The position numbers and the translations under genes are program-made. The notes beneath the pieces were generated by a model. It was not told where the DNA came from. It did no database searches and saw only the letters and a program-made list of their open reading frames with translations. A stretch of 64,000 nt of DNA from Candidatus Marinacidobacterales bacterium (GTDB lineage: Bacteria > Acidobacteriota > Vicinamibacteria > Marinacidobacterales > DATDRI01), in assembly GCA_965226495.1 (NCBI GenBank), contig OZ245365.1, positions 4,832,001 to 4,896,000 on the forward strand, read 5' to 3'. Shown piece after piece: positions 28,023 through 36,491 of this stretch (the stretch's first letter is position 1; each line of letters starts with the position of its first letter).

Positions 28023-29201
28023 ATGCCTTTAGAGGGATATGAGGGACGAGCGGTGAGGGAACGCGCACAAGGATTCGGATTCCTTACGCTCATGTTGGTA
28101 GCGTTCGCGCCGCCACTCATCGGCGCCTTTGACTCGAAACACCCTCTGGAGTTCGCAGAACCCCACAGAGCTCCCGAAACTGCAGAGTCGCCCGTCTACG
28201 AAGACAAATTCGTGTACCCGCGGCCGTTGACGCGTTTCGCTCACAGTCCCGCTCTCGCGGAGGCGGCCAACGGTCACCTGATGCTTGCGTGGTTCGGCGG
28301 CACCGGAGAAGGTAGTCCGAGCGTGCAGCTCTTCATGTCCACCTATTCACCGGAGCATGAAACCTGGACCAAGCCCCGAGTGGTCATCGATCGAGATCGG
28401 GCTCGCGAGGAAGTAGGGCGTTTCGTCTATACGATCGGCAACCCCGCGCTCTGGACTCAGCCCGACGGCAAACTGTGGCTCTTCTACGTAACTTCGTGGA
28501 TTTCCGGTTGGTCGGGAAGCAGTATCAATCTCAAGATGTCGGTGGACCATGGCGAGACCTGGACACCCACAAAGAGATTGGTGACTAGCCCTTACTTGAA
28601 CAGCGGGACGTTAGTGAGGGCAAGCCCATTTGAATACAGTGACGGAACGATAGGACTCCCCGTCTATCACGAACTCTTGGGAATTTTCCCCGAGATCGTC
28701 CGCTTGGACCCGGACGGCGTCGTCATGGACAAATCACGCATCTACTACGGAAAGAACTCTCTTCAACCTTCTGTTGTTCCTCTGGGCGACACACAGGCCC
28801 TCGCTTTGTTGAGACCGAGACCCCGCGGAAAGGCCGAGGCGAGAGTGCTCCTCTCTCGATCGGAGGATGCCGGACGGCGCTGGTCCACGCCGGTCGCCCT
28901 CGATCTCGCGAACCCCGGCTCATCGGTGGTCGGGCTTCGAGCCTCCGATGATTCGATCCTTTTGGCGTACAACGATTCACCGACCAGCCGGAACGACCTC
29001 TCCCTGGCCCGTTCGGTGGATGGCGGGAAAAGCTGGCAAGTACTCACCACCGTCGAACACAGCAAGCAAGGCAAGCAATTCGCCTACCCGTCGTTCATTC
29101 AAACCAAAGATGGCCAATTCCATTTGATCTATGCTTGGAACTACACGCACATGAAGCATGTGCAATTCAACGCGGCCTGGATCGCGCAAACCGAACGATG
29201 A
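28023..29201 (+). CDS. Sialidase-fold (BNR/Asp-box) protein; start uncertain
   Basis: Asp-boxes SVDHGETW, SEDAGRRW, SVDGGKSW; WFGGTGEG; AYPS. Confidence 0.85.
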   Translation: MPLEGYEGRAVRERAQGFGFLTLMLVAFAPPLIGAFDSKHPLEFAEPHRAPETAESPVYEDKFVYPRPLTRFAHSPALAEAANGHLMLAWFGGTGEGSPSVQLFMSTYSPEHETWTKPRVVIDRDRAREEVGRFVYTIGNPALWTQPDGKLWLFYVTSWISGWSGSSINLKMSVDHGETWTPTKRLVTSPYLNSGTLVRASPFEYSDGTIGLPVYHELLGIFPEIVRLDPDGVVMDKSRIYYGKNSLQPSVVPLGDTQALALLRPRPRGKAEARVLLSRSEDAGRRWSTPVALDLANPGSSVVGLRASDDSILLAYNDSPTSRNDLSLARSVDGGKSWQVLTTVEHSKQGKQFAYPSFIQTKDGQFHLIYAWNYTHMKHVQFNAAWIAQTER

Positions 29202-29803
29202 GCATTCTCGGAACGCTCGGACAGGTACTGCTCACATCCGCTGTCATTCTTTCGCTGTTTCGGGTTGGAAAGTATCCTCCTACCGTCCGTTGGACGGCGC
29301 TGGTGATATCCGCTCTCATCGGCTTCTTCAAGATCGGCGACCTCCGACTCATCGCTTATCCCGGTGGCGTGCTCGGAGACCTCAGCATCACCACCCAGAT
29401 CCTGCTGGCGTCCATCGCCGCAAAACAGGTTCTGCGGATCGATGTGCTCTCGGATCGCGATCGCGCGACGATCTTGTTCGCGGCCGCGGGCGCAGGACTC
29501 TTCCTGTACCCCCTCTCCTCTGGCCTGATGATGCTAGATGTCTATTCGTTGGGGTTCCATTCGACGACCCTCATGCTCGGGCTCGCCGTCCTGGCGGTCA
29601 TCGGCTGGTACGTTCGAACAAGCGCGGCCTTCATCATTCCTCTGGGCGTCATTGCGTTCAACTTCGAACTCCTGGCTTCTAACAACGTCTGGGACTACCT
29701 GCTAGATCCACTGCTGGCACTCTTCGCGTGGGGCTGGGCACTGCTCGTCGTTGTGGGCCGTACATTTGCCACACCGCGTCCGACCGCGGACTCGAACCCA
29801 TGA
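29198..29803 (+). CDS. Multi-pass membrane protein of unknown function
   Basis: Hydrophobic; GDLSIT and SNNVWDYLLDP motifs; ATGA overlaps on both sides. Confidence 0.8.
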   Translation: MSILGTLGQVLLTSAVILSLFRVGKYPPTVRWTALVISALIGFFKIGDLRLIAYPGGVLGDLSITTQILLASIAAKQVLRIDVLSDRDRATILFAAAGAGLFLYPLSSGLMMLDVYSLGFHSTTLMLGLAVLAVIGWYVRTSAAFIIPLGVIAFNFELLASNNVWDYLLDPLLALFAWGWALLVVVGRTFATPRPTADSNP

Positions 29804-30769
29804 GTCGGTATTGGTGGCCCAGCGTCGGCGTCCTCGCCGTCTTCACCTACATCTATTCGCTCGATGGCTTGCACATCCCCCACATCGGAGACGAAGCACC
29901 TTACATCCAAATCGTGAGGCTCACGTCCGAGAGCGGCCAGTGGCTGCCTCTGGAGTCCGCGAGTGGCCTCGAGAACACGAAACCCCCGCTATTGTTTTGG
30001 CTGGGCATCGTCTCCACCGACTGGGCTCGGCACTGGAGCCTTTTTCGCTTACGGTTTCCTATCGTTCTCAGTCTACAGCGTCCCGAGCCAGCGCCAAGAA
30101 AATTACCTCCTGCCGACTGTTCCGGCTCTAGCGGTGCTCCTCGGAGTGGGTTGGAAGGAAATAAAACCTCGCTGGTTCTATTTGTTCAACGTTGCGATCG
30201 TACTCACGCTCGTTCCCCTCGCGGTAGTGATTCACGCCGTCTCCAACGCGCTACCCGCGGGAAGCTACCGCTGGTGGCAGCTTGGCTTACCACTCGTCGC
30301 GATCTTGGTGACGGGCGTGAGTTTGCTCTGGAACCACTCCAGCCCCTACGTCTTTCATTTGCAGGTCTTCCTTGTCGCGGCCACACTCGCCGCCGGCCTA
30401 GCGCCCTTCGAGGGGCCCCTCGGAAGGTATGATCATCAGTCGGTCGAAGCACTAGAGGCAAAAACGGTCTTCGTTCCGTCCAACTTCATTTCCAAGTACG
30501 AGCGCCATCGCTTCATACTCCCCGGGAGTCGGATCGAGGGGTACCATCCGTCCAATACCGAGCGATTGAACCAGCTTCTCCGAAGCGGAGAGATTGTTGC
30601 CCTGGAGCGGGGACTCGGGCAAACTGTGGCCGGCCCCTTCGAGGTCTTTGGCAAGCGACTAACGCTGCGATCGCGGCAACGAGGGGACGAGATCGCGAGA
30701 ATCCTCTTTGAGGGAGAGCTCGATCTCTTGGTTCAACAGGAGATCATCGTTCGGCGTCGCAAGCAATGA
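29800..30769 (+). pseudogene. ArnT/PMT-like (GT-C) glycosyltransferase with internal deletion and frameshift near 30065
   Basis: N-terminal part has GDEAPY...TKPPLLFW...RLRFP, then the frame switches to SVPSQRQENYLLP. The central TM region expected between these motifs is absent. Confidence 0.7.
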
Positions 30770-31974
30770 ATGTCGAGTTCCAACGCAAGGTAGACCGAGT
30801 CGCGGGAACGATCATCTGCAGAACCCTGTCTCTGCTCCCCAGCGCCCGCCGCCAGCCGCCAGCCGACTTGAAGCCGCAGAAGATCCTGGTGATCCTCTTG
30901 TCGGAGATGGGAAGCCTGGTTCTCGCCCAACCGATGTTCGAGCGCATCAAAACCAAGTACCCGACGGCCTCTATTTATGTCCTGTGCTTCCGCCAAAACA
31001 AGGAAGTCCTGGACGTTTTGCGAGTCGTCCCCGAAGCGCACATCCTAACCGTCCGCAATGACTCCATGACCCATTTATCGAAAGACAGTCTTCGTGCCGT
31101 AAAGGAAATGCGCCGGATCGGGATCGACACCGTACTCGATTGCGAGCTCTTCTCCAGAGTGGGAAGCATTTTTTCGTTTCTGAGCGGCGCCAAGATTCGC
31201 GCCGGGTTTCACCCTCACACCCAGGAGGGCCTGTACCGCGGCAACTTTATCAATCGGCCTGTGCTCTACAATCCCTACCAGCACATTGCGCAGCAGTTCC
31301 TTACGCTGGTCGAAGCTCTCGAATCGCAACAAGTCCCCACCGTCAAACGAACGGTCGGCCCCATAGGCCAGGACAATCTAACGATCCCCCCGATGTCGGC
31401 CGAGCCTGACGAGGTGAGCTCGATGGCGAAGCGCTTCCAGGCAGATTTCCCGCAGGTGGCCGGGAAAAAGGTTGTCTTCCTCTCACCTGGCGGCGGTCTG
31501 TTGCCTATTCGGGCTTGGCCGGTTGCTAACTTCTCGCGGGTCGCCGAGGAGCTCATACGACTCGACTACGCAGTGGGGATCATTGGGCTGGAGCGAGACC
31601 GGGACATCGCCCAGGAGATCACATCTCATTGCAAGAGCGCGAATTGCATCGATCTGACTGGATACACCGAAACGGTCCGTGAGCTCATGCTCCTCTTCCA
31701 CACCGCATCACTTCTGATCGCGAACGACGGCGGTCCAGGGCACTTCGCAAGTATGACGCCCATCCCGGCTATTGTCCTCTTTGGACCCGAGAGTCCGGCC
31801 CTGTATGGAAGCCTGGACGACAAATCGGTCAGCCTGTATACGCACCTCTCGTGCTCTCCCTGCCTCACCGCATACAACCACCGCAACTCGCCCTGCGACG
31901 GTGATAACGTTTGCCTGAAGTCCATCGATCCAAAAGACGTTCTGCAAAAGTCGTTCGAGCTCCTCGACCAATAG
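30766..31974 (+). CDS. Glycosyltransferase family 9 (LPS heptosyltransferase-like)
   Basis: SEMGSLVL, IDLTG, LIANDGGPGHFA, LFGP, CSPC...C...C. Confidence 0.9.
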   Translation: MNVEFQRKVDRVAGTIICRTLSLLPSARRQPPADLKPQKILVILLSEMGSLVLAQPMFERIKTKYPTASIYVLCFRQNKEVLDVLRVVPEAHILTVRNDSMTHLSKDSLRAVKEMRRIGIDTVLDCELFSRVGSIFSFLSGAKIRAGFHPHTQEGLYRGNFINRPVLYNPYQHIAQQFLTLVEALESQQVPTVKRTVGPIGQDNLTIPPMSAEPDEVSSMAKRFQADFPQVAGKKVVFLSPGGGLLPIRAWPVANFSRVAEELIRLDYAVGIIGLERDRDIAQEITSHCKSANCIDLTGYTETVRELMLLFHTASLLIANDGGPGHFASMTPIPAIVLFGPESPALYGSLDDKSVSLYTHLSCSPCLTAYNHRNSPCDGDNVCLKSIDPKDVLQKSFELLDQ

Positions 31975-32006
31975 GCTGTACCAACGAAGTTGGTACCACC
32001 TTATTT

Positions 32007-32063
32007 ACCTCTCCCCCGACGACGGGGGAGAGGTCGTCCGCCGAAGGCGGGCGGGTGAGGGGG
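32007..32063. repeat. REP-like palindromic element between convergent genes
   Basis: ACCTCTCCCCCG-ACGA-CGGGGGAGAGGT, then CGTCCGCC-GAA-GGCGGGCG and GGTGAGGGG; a further hairpin GTACCAAC-GAA-GTTGGTAC lies at 31978-31996. Confidence 0.65.
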
Positions 32064-32111
32064 AGGTGGATAGTGTCGATACTCCAGTGTCGATTTCATT
32101 GTTACAGCACG

Positions 32112-32630
32112 TTAGCGCTTCCGTGTGAACTCGAAGGGTTCGTTGAAGGCAACCTCGTTTTCTTCCATGAAAGTCCATGAGGTCTTAAAACGATCTCGCC
32201 CAATGAGCTCTAGCTCGGCTTGATGCATATGACCCTCGCTGGAGCTTTCGAGGTTGGTCGCATCTAGAAACGAAAAGGCGAAACGCGATGGCTCCGAGCT
32301 GTTCCAGGTCGCCACCATTCGCGGCTGGTTCTTGGCAACACAGTAGTGCGTCAACACGAGACGGTCGCCGTCTACATGGTACATGGTAATCATTTCACTC
32401 GCGTGGTCTCCGTCTTCACCAATGAAACGAAACTCCTCCATGAGAACGCTTCCGTTCGCTACCAAGCGGAATGTCGTCTCCGCCTTCCTGCCGTCGGCGC
32501 TTGCACCCTCCCATTCACCGACCAACGTCTGTAGTTTCTGAAACGATCCTTGGACGTCATTGCCTTCGGCACGGTGAACCCACGCCACAACAAGAACCAA
32601 CGCCATTCCAATCAAAGAGAGCCGTTTCAT
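32112..32630 (-). CDS. Exported hypothetical beta-barrel-like protein
   Basis: Signal peptide; LVGEWEG, MITMYH.DG, LTHYC..KNQPRM, GHMH. Confidence 0.8.
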   Translation of the reverse strand: MKRLSLIGMALVLVVAWVHRAEGNDVQGSFQKLQTLVGEWEGASADGRKAETTFRLVANGSVLMEEFRFIGEDGDHASEMITMYHVDGDRLVLTHYCVAKNQPRMVATWNSSEPSRFAFSFLDATNLESSSEGHMHQAELELIGRDRFKTSWTFMEENEVAFNEPFEFTRKR

Positions 32631-32732
32631 GTCTGCCTCCCGATTCCTGCAGGCCCCCATTGGCCTACGTCTACCGGGTAGACGATCGGGGCGAGCCCCG
32701 ATCGACGGGGCGGGAAGATTTATGAAATTCGG

Positions 32733-33512
32733 CTACGAGCCCTTGAGTGCTTCTAATTGCCTTTGGAGGAAGGGCTTTTGAGAATCGGGGGCGAAAGACA
32801 ACGCCTTCTCTAAGGTCTCGATGGCGGCATCTTTGTTGCCGCTTTCCTTGTAGGCTCCTGCCAGAACGAAGTGGGCGTAGAGCGACTCGGGATAGTGCTC
32901 GAGCTCCAAACCGAGAAGCTCGATGGCCTCGGCAAGTTTGCCTTGCTCGGCGAGGGTTTCGGCGACTCTGGTAAGGACGCCCTCGCTGAAGTCGTAGGAG
33001 AAACCTCCATAAAATTCTTCGCGCGCTCGTCGTACTTCTTCTCGGCCGCGTCCATGCCATCTTCGGCGATGACTTCGGCCAGTATGTCTCCCAACATCTG
33101 AGGCTTGGCCAAACCACGGTGGCAGGTGATGCAGCTAACCTGAAGGCGCTCGGACGAGTTCACCCCCAAGTCAGATAGGCCAGTCAGGTGCTTCTCGTTG
33201 ATGGACTTCACCATCGTGAGCATGAGGCGCGCCTTGTGCTTGGCCGGGTTTTCATGCGAAATCAAAGGACATCAGGTCTCCAGGGTTGAATTCCTGCCCC
33301 GCTTTGCCAGCATGGCAATGCTGACAGCGGACGCCGTGCCCCGTTGCGAAACTGCGCATGACCGCACCGAGCTCCCGGCCTTTGACCCCGTCCGGCAATA
33401 CCTTGAGATTCTCCGGCTCCTCCGGCCACTGGAATTTTTGGGACCAGGCTTCCGGGATCGAGAAAGACGATATCAATCCGACCAAGACCAAGATTCGAAT
33501 TGTGATTGGCAA
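32733..33512 (-). pseudogene. Diheme c-type cytochrome (reaction-centre cytochrome c subunit-like) with TPR tail, two frameshifts (about 33255 and 33025)
   Basis: Signal peptide, NLKVLP, CQHCH; second frame ENPAKHKARLM...CITCHRG; third frame FYGGFSYDFSE...TPR-like...LKGS*. Confidence 0.8.
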
Positions 33513-33543
33513 GGCTTGTCTCCTGATCGCCCCTCCAAGGGGC

Positions 33544-33590
33544 GGGGCGCATGTTTACTAATTAGTGGCGCTGGGGCCCCAACGCCACTA
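33544..33590 (-). repeat. Partial third copy of the structured repeat (3' hairpin and tail)
   Basis: Minus strand GGCGTT-GGGGCCCC-AGCGCC-ACTAAT...ATGCGCCCC versus copy 2 GGGGCCCC-AGACC-AATGATGG-ATGCGCCCC. Confidence 0.55.
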
Positions 33591-35573
33591 GATAAGCTCC
33601 GGGTCGGCCAGGATCTCGACCAACGAGGGGCCGTCGTGCTCGAGGGCCGCTTTCAAAGCGTCCTCTAGGTCAGCCTTTGCGGATACTCGGAATCCTTTTG
33701 CCCCACATAGGTTGGCATACTCCGAGAAGTCCGGATTGTGCAGCGAGGTCTGCCAGACCTTCCAATTGCCGGAGCGTTGTTCCTTGCTAATCTTTCCGAG
33801 CTGGTCATTCCGGAGGAGCACGTGCGTAATCTTCATTCCATACTTCACCGCAGTCGTGAGCTCTCCCATGTACTGGCCGAAACCACCGTCACCGGAAACG
33901 GAAACGACGGGGCGTCCCTTGAAGCGAGGGTCATCCTCCTGGGTGGCGGCCCATGCGCCCATCGCGGCGGGAAAAGCGAAGCCGATCGATCCCAAATACC
34001 CCGACATCAAGATCGACTGTCGCGCACATTCGAAATAACGCCCGAACGAATAGGTATTGTTCCCCACGTCGACCGCAATGATGGCGTCGTCGGGAACGAG
34101 GCGGTTCATCGCGGCGAAGATCGATGCCGAATCGAGCCCCTTCCCGCGACCTTCGGTCTCTCGACGGCCCTTCTCCGCTCTCCAGATCGCCCAGCGCTCG
34201 GCGACCTCGGAGCGTTGATCGGTCGCGTCGCAGCCACCGCTGAGTCCGTCCTTGAGCAACGCCGCCGTCACGCCAATTTCGCCCCACACCGGGACGTCGA
34301 CGGCATGGAACTTCCCCAGCATCATTGGATCGAAGTCCACTTGGACTGTCGGTTTCTTAGGCGTGATCCCGGTGTGATCGCTAAAGCTCGCACCCAAAAC
34401 CAGGAGACAGTCGGATTCGTTCATGAACCAACTCGCGATCGGCGTCCCACTACGGCCTAACACACCACACCCCAGCGGGTGCGTATCCGAAACAAGCCCC
34501 TTCCCTTTGAACGTCGTGATCACCGGACTGTGTAATTTCTCCGCAAGCTCCAGGACGCCAGGCATATGGAACCGAGCCCCGTGACCCACGATGATGACCG
34601 GACGCTTCGCCCGACGGAGCATCTCGAGGGCCGCCTCGAGGGAATCTTGGGGCGGCGCGATATCACGTGGTGTGACTCGCCCTTTGGGCCCGCCGGCCTC
34701 CGCACCGTCCGCGGCCGGAAGCACCTGGACCTCGTCCGGAAAGATGAGATGCGAGACGCCGCGGTTGAGGATGGCGCTCTTGCAGGCTAGGTTCACTAGC
34801 TCGACGTGCTTGCTTCCGCGGAGAACCGGCTGCGACCATTGAGCGACCTTACCGAAGGCGGCTTGGAGATCCACCTCTTGAAACGCACCCGGACCTAATA
34901 CCTGCGTATTCACTTGGCCGGTCAAAGCCAGGACCGGTGCCCGATCGACATGGGCGTCCCACAAACCCGTGAGCAAGTTCGTTGCACCGGGGCCAGCGAT
35001 CCCCAAGCAGGCGGCCGGACGTCCGGTGAGCTTTCCGTACGCGGACACCGCAAAGGCCGCCGCCCCTTCGTGCCGGATACCGAAATAGCGGAGCTTCCCG
35101 CGCTCTTCCTGAACACGAAGGGCATCCGCCAACCCCAGATTGGAATGACCTACCATGCCGAATACCTGACGGACTCCCCAAGCGACCATCGTCTCCGCCA
35201 TGACATCGGTGACCGTACGGACGTGAGGTTCTTCTTCGTGGAACGCAACATAGACGCCGTCGTCTCGCACCTCAACCGGATAGGTGGCAACCCCATCGTC
35301 GTAGCCACCGGGCGGCTTCCCGGTCAAGGGCTCGTAGTCCCAGCCGTGCCACGGGCACCGGAGGTAGCCTTTTTCGATGGAGCCTTCACCTAAAGGACCA
35401 CCTTGATGCGGGCACTTGTTGTCGAGCGCCCCGTACTTCCCCTGGTGGTGCGTCATGCACACTGTCTCGAGACCACAGGTCACCGCCTTGACGCGACCTT
35501 CCGGGAGCTCGTCGGGCTCCAAAGCCTTGTACCAAACCTCGCGCGTCGAGCTACTGTTGTCTGAGCTGGCCAT
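33588..35573 (-). CDS. Rieske-domain-fused ThDP-dependent enzyme (pyruvate oxidase/ALS family)
   Basis: CPHQGGPL...CPWHGW (Rieske); RHEGAAAF, GPGATN, GDGGFG...N ThDP motif. Confidence 0.9.
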   Translation of the reverse strand: MASSDNSSSTREVWYKALEPDELPEGRVKAVTCGLETVCMTHHQGKYGALDNKCPHQGGPLGEGSIEKGYLRCPWHGWDYEPLTGKPPGGYDDGVATYPVEVRDDGVYVAFHEEEPHVRTVTDVMAETMVAWGVRQVFGMVGHSNLGLADALRVQEERGKLRYFGIRHEGAAAFAVSAYGKLTGRPAACLGIAGPGATNLLTGLWDAHVDRAPVLALTGQVNTQVLGPGAFQEVDLQAAFGKVAQWSQPVLRGSKHVELVNLACKSAILNRGVSHLIFPDEVQVLPAADGAEAGGPKGRVTPRDIAPPQDSLEAALEMLRRAKRPVIIVGHGARFHMPGVLELAEKLHSPVITTFKGKGLVSDTHPLGCGVLGRSGTPIASWFMNESDCLLVLGASFSDHTGITPKKPTVQVDFDPMMLGKFHAVDVPVWGEIGVTAALLKDGLSGGCDATDQRSEVAERWAIWRAEKGRRETEGRGKGLDSASIFAAMNRLVPDDAIIAVDVGNNTYSFGRYFECARQSILMSGYLGSIGFAFPAAMGAWAATQEDDPRFKGRPVVSVSGDGGFGQYMGELTTAVKYGMKITHVLLRNDQLGKISKEQRSGNWKVWQTSLHNPDFSEYANLCGAKGFRVSAKADLEDALKAALEHDGPSLVEILADPELI

Positions 35574-35603
35574 GGATTCGTCGCTCCTTCCGTCTCGCCC
35601 GAC

Positions 35604-36465
35604 TCACGGGATGAGCCCGCCGAGCGCGGAATCGATGAAGCTCCTAGCGCGATGCTTCTGGGCTTCCGCGGTACCGTCCGCCGTCATTTTTTCACCCAAC
35701 AAGATCGCACCGAAGAAGCCTTCGGTATGCCAATGTCCTCCACCGGCTAGTTCGAACTTGGGAGTATCGTCGGGGCGAGGATAAGGGTTTACGTAGAAAT
35801 AAGGCTGTGGGTAAGTGGCGTCTCCTGGCAACATGCCTACACCGATACTCTTCGCCGTTTCTGGATCCTTTTCCGGCTCGAGCAAAACGAGGAACCCGAT
35901 GTCGAAATGGTGCGGCCAACATCGAACCGCAGTGGTGAACGGTTGATTCGCCGCCACTTCCGTCAATACGAGCTCCGCATTCGCAAACCAGCGGCCCAGC
36001 TCTGCAAAGGCCGCGCGATCGTCACCGGAGAACGCACGTCCTTCTCCGACGGGGGTGACTCGGCATGTCATACTCCGTGGGCTTGTCGAGCGTGACGTGT
36101 TCTTCTTTCGTGACGGAACAGATAGCCGACCTCATCCACTCCAATCCTTCGTCGAGCGTCTTGCCGATCAAGCTTTGCCCGGGTACGGTCTCGGCAAGTC
36201 CCCCCTTCACACTGAGCTCCAAGTCCGTCACGTGAAGTGCCGCTCTCGGATGAGGTGAAGGCGAAATCGAATCGCCCGCCAGGAGCTTCGACGAAGCGAG
36301 GCATTCCATGCTGGCGTGGCTGTCATCTGCCTCGGGCTTGACCAAGGCCCGCCCCACCGCGGCCACGATTTGGGATGCCCAATGGAGTTGAAGTCTCCCC
36401 TCGGTAAGCTCGGTTGGGGGGACACCCCCTAGTCGTTCCCAACTGTGAGCAGAAGTGTCCGTCAC
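35604..36465 (-). pseudogene. DUF5996-like protein, frameshifted at a C5 run near 36053
   Basis: RLQLHWASQIV...DDSH...YDMPSHP, continuing in another frame as VGEGRAF...VRCWPHHFD...PGD..YPQPYFYVNPYP. A single extra C explains the break. Confidence 0.7.
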
Positions 36466-36491
36466 GTCGCCCTCCCTCTCGTCTTCTATTA

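Noticed and set aside
33252-33254. In-frame TGA codons here and at 18474 and 53885 as selenocysteine
   Set aside because: Homology continues in a different frame in each case, so these are frameshifts and not readthrough.
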